NCBI RefSeq assembly: GCF_022539665.2
Contig: NC_081331.1
Location: forward strand, 1,302,001-1,366,000
DNA length: 64,000 nt
Source: Daphnia carinata
Lineage: Eukaryota
Direction of reading: 5' to 3'
Made by a program: the position numbers and the translations under genes. This document shows positions 37,853-52,000 of this stretch, piece by piece; position 1 is the first letter of the stretch; the number at the start of each line of letters is the position of its first letter. The notes under the pieces are model-generated. The model had not been told where the DNA came from. It ran no database searches and saw nothing but the letters and a program-made list of their open reading frames with translations.

Positions 37853-40051
37853 CTATCTTGCCCTTTTCTTTTGCTACCGTCCTCTTCGATTGATTGAATG
37901 TTCCATCGGACATTAGGACATCACACGTAGGGTACATCGAATAAGAAAACTAAATAGAGTTACTTGTACTCAAACTTGGGCAACGCATCGAACGGTGTGT
38001 ATACGATATGCTGCTGGCTGTGGTGATCCCTGTTTGGCCAATGGCATTTTATTTTAAAAAGCCTCATCATATGGTGATGGAAACAAAGGAAGAGGCAAAA
38101 AAGGGACACCAACAGATAAGGAAGAAATAGGGCAACGTTTGCTGGAACGGCGACTGTTCAGTGTGTTTCACGTAAAGCTAGTGGATCAATACGGCCCACT
38201 GCCATTCTATACCGCCTCCATATTTATATATATATATATATATATATATACTGCAGAGCAAATCAATGATGAGGAACGAAATCCGAGGAGGAACGAGAAG
38301 AGAATCTTAAAAAATAGAGAAAGCGAAGGGGACTAGAGGCTATGGACGCCGAGGGAAAGTGCTCACCTGTTGTACATCAGAACGTCGGGCTTCCAAATAC
38401 GAGTGGGCGGGATCCGGAGGTCCTTGACGCCACCAAATTCGGATGAATTCCACCTCAGATTGTAATCGTTCCAGTCCTGTGCCGATTCAATGGCGTGAGA
38501 CGAAAAAGAAAAGAAAAAAAAAAACAACAAACAAAAAAGAAAATCAATGGAGAATGCGTGTACACGACCACATTTAATGGCTCAATGCAACGGGTTAGTG
38601 ACTTGGTCAAAATATCAAAACTACTGCGAAAATGCAACCAGTCCAGAGTCCCTGCTCACGGTCTAATCGAGACCTAACGTACAATTTAAATAAATTTTTT
38701 TTACAATTATAAAAGGGGCTGTCAATGTTGTAACACAGCCATTTTCGTAGATACTGGTTAGACGTGAGATATTACGTAAAACATTTCTAGAGACAAGCTT
38801 CAAAGGAGCCTCACTAGATGGAAATGTAAAGTGAATCGATATTTCTGGCCGGAGCGTGAAATAAACGATTTTCTTCCGTTCCCTTTACCCCGTGACAATG
38901 CGTCAGGTGAGTGTCAAGCGAATTTCGGGACCCGCATTGAAAATAGCTCCATTCAAAAAAAGGTTATATAGGACACAAAAAAAATTAGTGCAACTGATTT
39001 GCATGAAGCGAGCTCAACAAGGCAGACACGCCCATCGCAAGTAGCATGACGGGAAAAAATGGAAACCATTTGTCGGCACGCTACTTTGATTAATCACGCA
39101 AGAAAACAATGAGCAGACAAAAAACCAGCCTTACCATTTTCAACCACATGTTTGTAATGAGCAGCTGGTTCTTTTCATCCTGGAGAGCAATAGAAAAGAA
39201 AAAAAAATCAGTCAATTAATGAGCGAAATAGAATGGAGCATTTTTCTTGACAAGTTTATGGAAACTTCAGACAGCCTCTACGAATTTATTCGCACATCAA
39301 ATGATTTCATCAAAAGGCAAATCAAGCTTCTCTTCCCCTACAATAACGGGGTATTACTTTTTAATTCCACAAATGCATTGAATCGTTTGGGAGCCCATTT
39401 TTCTAATTAAACTCAATCGAACGAACTACGTATAACTTTAGCTTTGGTGCCTTCTCCTGCCTTATCAATTGCCATCCCTGCAACAATTCGATTTCCTTCC
39501 GCCACAGCTTCCAACTTAATTCTGCACAATGCAGTCGTGCCTCTTAAAGTTTTCATACGCCCTTTAACATAAGAGTCGAAAATGTTTTTACGAGTTGAGC
39601 CGAAACCCCTTACAGGCTGTAAGATATACGCGCTACATAAAGACACAATAAAAGTTTAAGGCACAAACCGAAAATAAAACTCGTTTCACTTAAGCCATAA
39701 ATTAGCATAACGACTCAGAAGCAAAGCCTTTACACCCAGTCTAATTTTATTCAGGCCATCTCCATGGTTTTACAATTTAGCATTTCAGATTCAAAATGGC
39801 AGACTTTTTCCCCTTTTTATCTTACGGTTTAAAAAACCCCATCACTTTCAAAAAGATGTTTGAAACCAAGCGTAGATTGCATTTGACATGAAAATTAGAA
39901 AATGGTCTTACCACATCAATGATTTGCATCAGCGTGATACCAAAGCTGATTTGTATGGGATCCGATTCGTTGGAAACGGGTCGTTCCAGGACGTTGTACT
40001 TGTCAAGGAGATGATGAAGCAATTTTTTCTCGTAGGGCCCCTGCAGCGACA
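30015..40051 (-). CDS. nAChRalpha7: Nicotinic acetylcholine receptor alpha subunit of the insect alpha5/6/7 group, best matching alpha7; 5'-partial (signal-peptide exon not found)
   Basis: Exons: 40051-39912 ([11 protein letters not shown]), 39179-39135, 38476-38367, 37562-37382 (Cys-loop, WTYDGFQ), 37172-37097, [35445-35251 or 34311-34117], [33719-33633, 32946-32863 or 32199-32113], 30858-30749 (TM3), 30653-30353, 30259-30015 (TM4, TAG). The vicinal YxCC defines an alpha subunit. [31 protein letters not shown] and SVVSTV are alpha7-like rather than alpha6-like. Exon sizes 140/45/110/195/87/110 follow the alpha7 pattern. Confidence 0.9.
32113..32199 (-). CDS. nAChRalpha7: alpha7 alternative TM2 exon 8c ([30 protein letters not shown])
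   Basis: 87 nt, gatgcag| ... |gttagc, phase 1-1, no stops. Not present in the ORF track. Confidence 0.85.
32863..32946 (-). CDS. nAChRalpha7: alpha7 alternative TM2 exon 8b ([29 protein letters not shown])
   Basis: 84 nt, ctactag| ... |gtaaaa, phase 1-1, no stops. One codon shorter in the TM2-TM3 loop. Confidence 0.85.
33633..33719 (-). CDS. nAChRalpha7: alpha7 TM2 exon 8a, canonical ([30 protein letters not shown])
   Basis: 87 nt, ttcatag| ... |gtagtc, phase 1-1. Not present in the ORF track. Confidence 0.93.
34117..34311 (-). CDS. nAChRalpha7: alpha7 alternative exon 7b (loop C + TM1 + TM1-TM2 linker, divergent copy)
   Basis: 195 nt, gaccag| ... |gtagga, phase 1-1. Translates as [66 protein letters not shown]. 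Confidence 0.85.
35251..35445 (-). CDS. nAChRalpha7: alpha7 exon 7a (loop C + TM1 + TM1-TM2 linker, canonical copy)
   Basis: 195 nt, aaccag| ... |gtaggc, phase 1-1. Translates as [66 protein letters not shown]. Confidence 0.94.
37816..37848. repeat. (TC)n microsatellite in alpha7 intron 4
   Basis: Uninterrupted TC run. Confidence 0.95.
38226..38250. repeat. (TA)n microsatellite in alpha7 intron 4
   Basis: Uninterrupted TA run. Confidence 0.9.
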
Positions 40052-43000
40052 CTGGCAATGACAAAATCCAGAAAGACACAAATTAAAGATAAAGCAAATC
40101 AAATAAAATGTCGTCTAAGTCAGATCATTTCAAATGAGGATTCAATTTTCAATAATAAAAAAAAACAAACTGATACACTGTGTAGTACGTTCGTCATCCT
40201 AATCGAATCACAGCTTCGGCTATGCTATCGTATCTCTCTGTGTAAGACGGGCAGGGCGAGTCACGGCCAACGGGTAGTGCTATTGTTTCGTACGTGCTCC
40301 GTCGGTCCATGTGTCACAATTCTTTTTCCTTCTTAGGAAAGCAATTATCACGACCACGATCCAGAGCGAACACACAACACTACCGCAATCAAGTCGCACG
40401 ACGAAAATGTGACGCTGATTTCGTTAGGAAGGGATGACGTGTTCGACTTAAGGCGATCGTCATTTGTTGGAAATTCTAACAGAAAAAATGGAAGACTTTG
40501 AAAACTGAAACAAATGCCGTTCCTTTACGTTTTAAGCCAATTGCGTGTCGTCTTACAAAGTCACCTCATTTTACTTTTCCACGAAAAGCATTAGAAGATT
40601 TCTCTAAAATAGAAATCAACTTGAATAGTACAGAAACCCAACGACCTTTCGTTGTCGCTTCCCTTTATCGCGAATGCTAACACATTATTACACTTTACCC
40701 CCGTTCTCCGTGTAAGGTTTAAAAGCGCACACAAGCTCCACCATGTCTCTGTTTCTCATCCATCAATTTCGTCGCGTGTTTTTAGAGTTATTTTTAGCGT
40801 CTCTCTCATCATGTAGCACAAAAGCAGGGAGACGTTCATCATCCGGCCAATGGATTTATAGTTTTATACATATAAACTTTAGCCATCAAATCTATGAGCT
40901 TTGGCATCGGTACGAGTATTACATTACGTTCAAGATCAGAGTAAACGGCATTTGCCCGTAAAGTGCCGATACACGCAACGATCTGTCGTTCTTATACATG
41001 GAGGCTCATATCCAGTACTTGCGGACATGTGTACGCAATGGAATGCAAGGGATACTTATATTTCCGTGTCGCCCCCGAGTGCCGGCGAGGGAATGTTTCA
41101 CGAATAACATTTCTTTCGTGGTGTGTTTTTTTCTTTTTTGTGATACAAAGACTAGTGGATGGACGCCGCATCCCTCACTCAGCGATGGGAGGAAAAGGCA
41201 CAACGAACGGAAGAGTCCCACTTCAAGCCCCTCCATCTCGTCCCTCTCTCCTTTTTATTTTTTTGCTTACGACGCGATCGAATTTGTGATCTCAGGGCAC
41301 GTATTTCATGATTCGTTTTAGATTTCAGCAAAGACTCGTGTTCTGATGACGACCTCGTTACTTGTGCTCGTTATTCTCCCTCATATGTGTCTACGCCCAA
41401 CACCCTTCTCGCTTCAAGTTGCCGACTGGGGTGAATGCGGGGGATATGACTTGTATTCCTTATGATACAGGTTACACCGTTCGGATTTCAAAGGGCCCCA
41501 ATGGTAGCAAAAAGTAAAGAAAGATGTGCATCTCGGAAAATTGCCCTAGAACTCTATCGTGTAGCTTTATGAATATGAAGGAAGGATGTTTTAATACGTT
41601 CATAGGAAGAAGTCATCTTCTCGAACAAGTAATATCGATATCTGACAGTAGTGATGAATGGCTGTGAATGTATCATTTTATAGAGCACCAATTTGGATGT
41701 GTAGACACGCTATCATGTACAATGTTTTTCTTGCTGCAAGACCATCGGAAAAAGGAATAACAATGAGAAGAGAAAAAAAAAATGGATGGTCAGGAGGGAA
41801 AGTGCTGCGTATGAATCTAAATTCTGATGCAGTATGCATTAGATTGTTAGGGATCTTATACCCTAGTTGTAGAGACAGTAGCTCGATCTTTATTGATGTA
41901 GTGGTCCTCAAGCGGAGCCTGTAGCCTAGTGGATGTTAATGCCAACAGAAGCCATGGCGATGGCTGTATACAATGTGTCTCTACGTTCGAGCTGGCCAAA
42001 CACCAATCATTGACGATGCTTCTAGACACCAGTGGGAAGAAGAAACAAGAGGCAGTGACTGATAGGAACCGGTAATTAAGAAAAAAACAGAGAATTACTG
42101 CAGCACTCTCGCATGACAATAACCATTGCCATCGCACTTTTTTTTTGTTTCCTTTTCGGTGGTTGCTACCGGAAGGAAAAGAACAACAAAAGGAACAACA
42201 AGAAAAACGGGCAGAATGAAAAACAGTTCCTTTATAAGGAACGGTATTATTTATCGCGGAAAGAGGCTGCGGGCATCATCAGGCTCTAGGCAGTACAACA
42301 TTGGATGTTAAAAGAAGTTCTCTTTTTTTTTTCTCCTTTAGCTTACGTTTCGGTTCGCGCTCTTACGAAAGACGTATACGCATTTGCGAAGAGCAGCCAT
42401 AGGGCCATCTATCAGCTATAATTGCCCGATCATTTCATCCTGATCTCGTACGAGCCGTCCTTCTATTAAGCTTCCGGTCTGCGAGAGGGAAACGATGGAT
42501 ACATTTCTTAATTGCTATAGCATTGGCTTCTCGTGTTCGTCGTGCTGTTCCTATTAGCAGTTCAGCCTATATAATAGCAAAGCTGCAACTACCGACCGAA
42601 GTGATGAAAAATCAAAAGGCAGTGATGGAAAGAACTGAGCGCTACCATCGCGAGATCGCCAGAAAACGTTGGTCTTTCTCCACGAAGCAAACGAAAAGAG
42701 AAAAGAAATTAAGAAATGGGTAACAGGGAAACGAGCAATATAGCAACGAAAGAGCAAGAGCAGCGAGAGCAACAGCAGTAGCATCAATTCTGACGTCAAG
42801 AAGCATTTCTTATGAGTTTGTGCTTTCCTCCTTTGGCTGCTCGTTCCGGGGACTCATCGAGACACACGCACACAGCGAGCTATAGCTACTACTTTTTCAT
42901 AGGCGAGACACGAGTACGCCATCAGCAGCTTTCCAGCAATGGTGCGCTATAATATACGGTGGCACCATTGGGGCTGAATATTGCATGTGGCCGTTGCTGT

Positions 43001-46000
43001 GTCCAACGATAAACGCACGCTCACTTTCGCTCTTTTCGACGAATCCTATTGGATGAGGATAACTGAAAAATACAAAACAAGAGACACACGCCGCTGCAGC
43101 AAAGCAATTACACACTCTATAAGAGAGCATGGTGGTTAGATGGTAGAGCTGGGATCGCGGCTGTCGCGCACTTGTTATCTATCAGCGACATACACTTGAC
43201 TCATTTTGGTGGGGGGAGGGTTTCTACTTCATTGATGCCTTTAGCTTTTTTCTTTCCACTATTTCTCCTACACGTCGCCATCGTTTTCTTTCGTATGACA
43301 ACATTTTATTGCACCAACGGCTAGTTATGATGTGAACACTAATCCAGACGAAAACCAAAAACAAAACGGCAAATTATAACGATCCCTAAGAAATCTATAA
43401 GAAAAATCTGCCTTGCCAAATCATTTTTTTTTTTTTTTTTTTTTGGAAAGGATAGTGCGCATCTCTTTTCCCTCTCTGAAAAGCCATTTCATCCCGTTCC
43501 GCCGGGGCTGGAGAACGGGGGAAAACAAACAAAAAAAGGGCTGCCTATTAATGTAGATGGTGTGTTCTCATTCCACAAGATGATGAAAGCACGGGTAAGT
43601 TCCAGGCCAAAAACGAACGCATTGCAAAAAAAGGGAGAAGTAGAAAAGGGCACAGTGAACCATTGGTCCGCTAATGACGCCAACTTTCTTTCCCAATATT
43701 TCTCCAGTGATATTGTGGAACACGTGCAACGTTGTGCGCCCGTGGGTCATGCGGAAAGACACTGTGTGCTGCGTCTATCCACGATAGCTGTTAGCTTGAT
43801 TTGAAGTTGGCAACAAACAAAAGCATTCACATCTTTTTTTATTCTCAAAAAAAAAAAAAAAAAAATTGGAGCATTCCCTTCTACCATCCCCTGTATCCTC
43901 CGAGGCCGTCATACGAGAGATAAATTGCAATAGAGGGTCTATAGATAAATGGTTGTGTACTGTTATTTATTATTTTTTATTTCCCTCGTATTTCTTCACC
44001 ATCCGGGCTGGAGTGTTTTGGTGTGTTGAAGAACAGCGCGTACTGTGCGTTGCGTTTAATACAACCGCATTCGCCACCTTCCAAACTGCCCTCTCGTTCT
44101 TTTCTTTTTATGTAGACTTGATGAATTCGTCGGTTAAGGGCTTTTGATGTAATTGGGTTCGTTTCGCCTTACGTGTTCTTTCGGTGCAGTCGTCTCGGTA
44201 ATTGAGTTGCGCGCAGTCGCCGTGCAGCGCAAAAAAAGAGGATGGAAGGGAAAGGCTTTTTTTTTTTATACAAGCGCGAAAGAAAAAAAAAAGAAAATGA
44301 TATCGACAATAAGGCACGGCGGCAACATTTTTCGTGATATTAAGATAGTGGTCCCTGGAGTGATCTTGCTATTACATTTACGCGTTCAAATCAGACCTCA
44401 GTACTCCGCTCCCGTGTTTCCCTTTTCTTTCATCCTTTTTTTGTTCCAGGGTCTTATCAGCTACCTTTGATGCATCGTTCACGATTGAGGTTGATACGAG
44501 GTGGTAATTACGTTTCGCATTAGAGTTAGGTTCTACAGGTCAACATCGTTTGAATTAAGTCAAATGGGGATTCAATACTTTTCGTTGGGTTTTAATCTAG
44601 AGATCGTTCGTTGAAAAATACTTATAGTCAACTAACTGCACTAGTTCTCTATTCATTATTCGAATAAACAAATAATCTTTACAGTGCGACGCGTTGTTTG
44701 CTTTGAAATTCAGAAGGCTGTGACCACGACGTCATTAGTAGTTTCAACGGTGATGAGATTTTCTCTTGTTTTTGAACAATTTTAGCTCATCGCTTCGTGT
44801 GTCTTTTGATCTATCACATTGTTTCTCGATGGACTGACACAAGAGTTAAGAGACCAGCCTGTTTCGGCTTTCTCATTCTCTCCTTCTTTTGCCTTTCTCG
44901 AATTTCTAAATTAGGTTTAATGACGAGCCACGTCGTCTGATGAAGGACGTCGACGTCTGGCGAATCAATCAGTCAGTGTCTATACATGCGAGTGCTGTCC
45001 ATGTATATCAAAGGATCAGGAATCCATCTTATTCGTCACGGGCCAGAAGCGACCCAAAAACTCACTAGTGACTTCTGAATGGCTTAAGAATAGGCAAGAC
45101 GGTCTGAAAACTAAATATAAATGAAGCCTCCGCTTTTGACTGCGTTCGGATTTGGGAATTTTCAAGCCAAACAGAATATTCAGCCAACTTTTGTTCCGTG
45201 TCAAACTTTGTTGTGCACACAAGAACAAGAAAAGCCACGAAACGAAACAACTCGGCTGCCATACAGTCGACTCGCGAGTTTCGTCAAAAGGAAAACAACA
45301 AAACAATCACATTTCCACGAAGCAAAATCGCTAATAACGTTGCTCCGGTTAGGATTTCTCCTCGCCTCATCATCAAAAATGGATATTCAAGAACCGAATG
45401 CCGCTTTTTCTTCAAATCCCAAACACAAAATTACGATCCGCCAATGCGTTCGTGCTAGCAGCTATGCTTGAGCGCCCCGAATTTGTAGAAATGTTCTTTC
45501 TTGCATCAGCTGCCATTTTGGAGGACCGCTATTTTCTTTTCTTTTTTTAAAAATAGTTTTAACCAAAAGAAAAAAAAAAAAATATACATCCTTTGCAAGT
45601 TGAGCTGTTAGCCGTGGCGATCAAACAGTGCGTGATGAAATTGGTGCAGAGTGCCACTGTGTGTTAGCTTATACAAGGGTCCTTTTTACATTTTCTCTAA
45701 CTGTGGCCGTCCTCATGTTCATACAACAATATAAACCTTTACGTACAAGCCGGGACTGCCGGGGCTATCGCGCTGTATACGTGCACTAACAGATGGAAGA
45801 CGGACGTTCTAAGCAAGACGGACGATTCGGCAGAGAAGTTCCAATGGGAACGGAGAGGACATGGTCTATACAAAGGCTATGTCTAAGGGATATAGGGAGT
45901 CTACTGTATTATAGGGAATCCTGATTCTGGGTGTGTCTAAACGGTACAAAGCTGGAAAAAGTGTTTAAAGAAAGGGCGTAAAACGAGGACAGCAACTCTA

Positions 46001-49000
46001 TAGAGGAAAGTGCCTCACTCATATTGATTTTTTTTGTCTTGTTGCCTACTCTGTTAGAAACTGTAGATTCTATTATAGAGCAAGTCGGTGTCTCCCAATG
46101 TTGTTGTCACGCTATTTATTGCAAGTTGTAGACACTTTAAATGTGATGGCAGACAAAAAAGAAGGCGGGGGGTATAGGTTTCGTATCAAATCGAGAAAAC
46201 TATCGAATGTTTAAACAAGCGGAATAACCTACAAGGCTGACGATGGCCAATTGTCTTGCCCACGCACAAGATGCGCGTCTCTATCAAGAGTTAGGCAATG
46301 TAAATAGTTGTGAATAATGGACGTGATTTCTTTCAGATCTACTGTGCTACTCTATCGGAAGCAGCGCAACCTCCATGTGTGTTGGTGGCGTCTGTTATAA
46401 ATGATTTTCTTATTTTAATAGATAATTGCACGGACGGTTCACTTGGTTGACGTTTAATTCCTTCGGGCAACATTAAAAGCTTCTGCTTTCCAAGTTTTTC
46501 GTGGATCTCTTGATTGAACGCCACGAACAATTGTATAGGAGACACGGAAGGCATAACGACATATAGCTCATTCTTATCCAGCAGAGAGAAAAATGTTTAA
46601 TTAAATTTGAATTAAGAAAAGAATTGAATTATTGATCCGTGTAAATATTGATGATTGTAGACGAGATCTCTGTCTGAGTAATAAACGTGAGTTGTAGGCA
46701 AGGCCACACCACACACACATTGATAATGAAGCGAAAAACGCGCATTTTCCTTCTTGATTGCTGCTTCATGTTACATTCGAGACAAGGTGGGGTAAAAAAA
46801 ATGAGGCCCTTGTCTTCTAACGACGACAAAAAAAAAAAATGGGGCAAGCCTGTCAAAGCTCTTGAAGTGCTGCTGATTCTCCTTTTGCCCGCCGACTTGT
46901 TTAACTCTTGCATATAAATATTCCCATCATCGTCTTGTTTATACTGTTTCACGAACACAGTCGAATTATCTTACTCCTCCCAAAGAAATGGAGAGGATTG
47001 TTTCTTACTTATTTTTTTTTCTCCCATCGTTTCTCCTCGAGTTATACGTGGCTTTCATTTATTTATTTTTTTTTTTTTGCATTTCTTCTTCTCCTTAATT
47101 TTCTTTCCCTATTGTGTTTCGTTTTCAGGACCTAATAGTCTCATCGCTTGCCATTATACATCGCATGCGCTCAATTTCTTTTTCTTTTCTTTTCTTGAGC
47201 TGTTTATGGGATGAGCTACTATACGGCCTCGTCAGCCTTTTTATTTTTTCTTCCTCCTAGTCCGACTCTTGCCACAATCGGGCGTGGCTCGTGTCATCCT
47301 TTTCCTCTTTCTACATTTGTGATGGGCTTTTAGATGTGTCAGGCTTCTCTGTTTTGTAAAACTATATGCAAGGGTTTCCTGCCTCTGCCTTATTAAATAA
47401 CAAAATCATTTTTTTTAAACGAACAACTTACGTAAAAATTTGCAATCAGCTCTCGCCAACACGTCGTCTCAACACACAGTTAGTGTTAGCCACATGTTTT
47501 ATATGGAGTCTTTTAACAAATAGTCGGAGAAAAGACGTGGCATCCGTTCAACATTTGGTTTCCCTGTCGCATTTGCGTGTGGGCGGTGTATATCTATTTT
47601 GTGTCGCGCTTACGGGCTTATTGTTATCATTATGTTCGATAGGCGTCAAAAGCTTAGCTATAGCGTATGGTGTGCATACATAAATGGCTTCTTTTGTCTT
47701 ACGGATATCTAAGCTTAGCGATGGCGTCATGGATGCGCGTTAAGCTATTGCATCAACAACCAAATACGAAAGCTTCGGCGGACGATGATCAAAGTCTAAT
47801 ATAAAAAAAAAGAGGGGAAAAAGAATTTGCATAGATATACGAATCAAAGAGACCCAATCCTCGTCCCAGTCGAACGTGCTGGACATCCTTTACTAGGCTA
47901 TTTTGCATTAACTGTCTATATTTAAATGACGCTCATCCGTACCAGGAAGGGCGGCCGCCCGTACGAAAATATCTTGGAGGTGGCAAGCATAATAAATTGT
48001 AATAGGAAAAAAAAAATGGTTTGCGTTTGTGTTTTATTTATTCAACTTTTTGCTTTCAGTTTAGAAAATAAACAGTGATGTGAATTATCTCGGTTTTACA
48101 GTATATCGTATTTACACACCCACCAATAAAAAGCCAGAGTATCAAAGCAGATTTACGTAATCCGGAAAGAAGAAAAAAAAGGGAATCAAAATACCATAAT
48201 CAAAAGACGAACGTAATGCAGCATTGCAGTTTTTGAACGTGTGGCGGGATGCGAACGTGGGACCCACGGAATCATAGCCAATGGGCATTGCATTTTGCTA
48301 CATCAAAACTGAAGCTGTACTCTAGGAAATGTCTAGTTGTTACCACTCGCGCTTATTATTTGTATTTGATTATGTAATATTCCCATTAATTGTTTTCTTA
48401 ACTTCAAGCGACATTTGGCCACTTACGTAAACTAAAATGAAAGTGTTGAAGACTTATCGTATTCCATGAACGATGCTGACGCAACGAACCCTTCGTCTAT
48501 ACGCAACAACAACAAAAGGTAAAGGCCATTGGGCGTCATTGACAATATAACGCGGAAATAGCGTTAAGCTAAACACTCAAAAGTGTCATCTCTGACAATA
48601 TAACGCGTGTTGAGCAATTGTAATGCGATGATTTCAATTACTTTTAACGTTCCCAGCCCCAACACATATTCAGGGGATTTCTATATGGGGAAGGTCTGAA
48701 AGGTTGACGTACGGTCTTTTACCGAGCTCGCTGATTTCAAATTCCCACAATACTGTGCAGGATTTTACCGAGACACAGTGTCTAAACAATGGTGCACAGG
48801 TTGGAAGTTTAGGGAAAATTCGTGCGCCTCTTCACGAAAAGACGTCATCCAATCCAAAGTGGCTTCTGTTTCTTGTTTTTCCGTTCTTTTACTAATGTAA
48901 ATAGGAGCCTCTTAGTTTTTTTTTTTCTTTTCTTTTTCCTTTTCTTTCCTTTTCCCGTTGTGTTTCGTTATACTCTTTGAAGTTGATCCCGCAGTGCATG

Positions 49001-52000
49001 ACTCTACAGAGTCCAAGCCCGGAGAAAAGGGAGTCATCGACACTGATGCGAGGGGATCAGCCGAGTCATCGTAAAAAATAAAAGAAGACAAAAACGTGGA
49101 AGAAGTCGGCGGATGAGCTGAAGAAAAAAAAAAAAAAAAAGAAAAACTAAAAGCCAAATATATATAGAAAATAAAAAAAAAAAGAAAGGCTTTGGAAATA
49201 TATAGGGGATGAAAGCGACGGCAACTTCGGCAGTTTCCTGATTGAATTTCCACTGAGCTGACATATAAAGACTTCGCCCTTCTTCCCCTATAGCTGATGA
49301 TGAAGTTATCCTATACTGCACCAACGATTTATACCATTTATTAGACACACAGTCTAATTGCTTTTTTGTTTTAAAAAGTGTAGATTCTTTTTTATGTTTT
49401 TTTTTTTTAATTCCTTATTTCCTTTATTCGCTTGCCCGTATTTTGGAGACCGAGGGACGAGCCGTAGAACTCATGTGGTATTCTAATTTGATCGCATAAG
49501 TTGCGCTAATGACGTTTTCTATACACGAGAAAAGGGATTATTTACAACGAAACCCCTTTTGATTTACAATCATTTCTTTTAGCATGTTCTAAAAAGCTGA
49601 TTTCACTTACATATTTTTCCACTTCATATAGAGGCATCTACAGAAATGCAGGCAAAGAAATTGATGAGCTATGGGCATTCGCTAGCGGAACAATTGCTTC
49701 CAATTTCTGGCCGTGTGTACCAAATCCGCCCCAGCGTCGTAGCTCCTTATGTGTACGGGGACTATACATCTAACGATGCATATACCACTGCGTATGTAGG
49801 GGACAGTATAGGGACAGGCGAGAAAGGGGAGCATTAGATTCTCTTATTAAACGGCAGCGCGCGCTTATCACTCGGCGTTCGTATTGATTCAAAAGTCTCC
49901 GAAGCACAAGAGACTATTAGCGTTCAGCGCCATTCAATTGTTTTGAAGCTGCATGTGCAAGAATACTCGCTGTATGTGTATACGCAAGCAAACAGCTGTT
50001 GTATCGCTGTAGCTTATTAATAATTTCTTTTTTAGATTGTCACTGATTTAACGTCATTATTTCATCACACCGACTCAGATGATATTCCGTTAGTTACCCT
50101 TGTCTATATGTCGCAATGATTCCTGTACGCAGTACACAACAATGTCTTTGTTTATGGGAAGTTTTTAATGTATTACATCTATCAGTTTTGGCTTCATGAC
50201 GTTCTATTTCGATAGAGGGGCTTCGCATTTCTCATTTGCTGGACCAAGGGACTGTATACCTTTTCACTTGCTCGTCTTTTTAGAGCTTCACTTGTTTCGC
50301 TTTTTCTTTTTCTTATTCTTTTGTGCATTTACAAAGGTTAGTTTGAATCTACCCTATGTACGTATATCACTGTAGAGTCTCTATAATGCTCGAGGAACAA
50401 GTAGGAGCTGTTCCTTAACAGTATCTAATTCCGCGACCTGCAACGTGAATAGAAAGAGAGAATCCTTTCTGTCTAATGAAAATCCTCCTGTGCCTTGTGC
50501 ATTCGTCTATTTCCTACAAGGTCTTTTCTTTAAAACAAAATCTTTCGTTTTTATCCCCCCTCACTGACTACGTGAAACTAAACCATAACTGATGTGGGGG
50601 CGAAACAAGAAACAAACAAAACAAGGGGCTAAGCAAGCAGCGCCTCTATGTTCGTGTTCTTCACATTTTTGTCTTTCCTCTTCGTTCCTCGTGTGTTGAA
50701 CCTCTTATACAGAGACAATCCTTCCATCCTTCTTGTAGTTTCATACTTGCTTTGTATACACCCACTTGAAAAAAAGGAGGGAATCAGCTTTAACAGAGGG
50801 TTTCGTGACTTAAAAAAAAAATGGCCAAAGTTCGGCGAATAGTACAAACGATATGCCTCGTTCAAAACTGCACACCAAAATAAAAGAAGTAGAAAAAAGG
50901 AGAAGTTTAGCGTGAAGTGAATGACAACGCAGTTGCAACTGACAATGAATAAAATGTCTTTTCCTGCCCACCATTTGGAACGAAAAATGCTTCTGCGTAT
51001 ACATACATCACAGCTCGAGAGACTGAAACGCGTTGAAAACACACACAAAATGTTGACCCCCAAAATGTCTTTGCCATATAGATGAGCATAAACGGATATA
51101 GATTGCAGAGCTTGCAGCGCTGAGTCACGTCTCTTTCAACCCCTTTTTTTTCTCACGATGTGGATGTGAATGTCTGCAGTCCCGGCGGACCGGACGCGGC
51201 TATGGAACGAAATGTTCTCAATCATTTGGGGTGTCTTATATTGACCTGTAATAGCTGTCCGGTTTAAATAAAAATACAGCGACGTCAGGACGAGCGACGC
51301 TGCAATACGTGTCTGTTTATTCGCAAACGGTTGACACATTTCTTTTTTTCATTTTTTTTTCCGAACTATTTTTTTTGTGCGTTCCATATAACCGTTTTTT
51401 TTTTCATCTGTTTCCTTATGTACCAATAAATTGCCCTATCTATATACTTTTTAAATATTTGAATTGGTGATGTTTTGACAGTCGTTGCATATCGCCGGGA
51501 AATATTCAACCAATTGTGCCGGATGTTTTTCTCCGGGACAACCCGCAGGCGCTGAATGTCATTAGATGATAGGATACTAGTGAAATCCTACAATGTTCAC
51601 TTCTGTAGTTGTACATAATCAAGCCACTTGTAAAAGAGGTACATAGTTTCTATCGCACACCGGATGGTTAAAGATTGGAGGGAGACGAAATTCAATGGCA
51701 GCTCAACAAAAGACGAAGGCAACGAAGTTTAAACGCCACAGGGTTGTGTTGTGTAATGCAGCTACGTAATCTAGCATTTAAGGCTAAAAGGTGTATCGAC
51801 AATCACGTTGGACACACGCTAGGAAACCTTAACCACGTCAACAATGTTTGGCACCATCGGCCTTCTATAGAGGAACATTTTTATTGGCTAGAAATGTTAC
51901 ACTTTCTGATCACGCAACGCAGTCAACGAAATGAAGGAAAGCGCAAGAAAACAGACCATTTTTCAAATGAAGCCATGTGCCATTGTTGGATTGCCTTTTT

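Noticed and set aside
38477..39911. Alternative exon 3 copy as in insect alpha6 (3a/3b)
   Set aside because: Only one DEKNQ-type 45-nt exon (39179-39135) was found.
42554..42799. Leu-rich ORF (MLLLLLSLLLLF) as the alpha7 signal-peptide exon
   Set aside because: It derives from a low-complexity (AGC/AAC)-type tract and has no convincing phase-1 donor.
43128..43200. tRNA/SINE-like A-box (tggttagatggtagagc)
   Set aside because: No B-box (GTTCRA) and no cloverleaf.
48540..48607. 15-nt direct repeat tgacaatataacgcg separated by 38 nt (superficially CRISPR-like)
   Set aside because: Only two copies, eukaryotic context and no cas genes. Most likely a local duplication.
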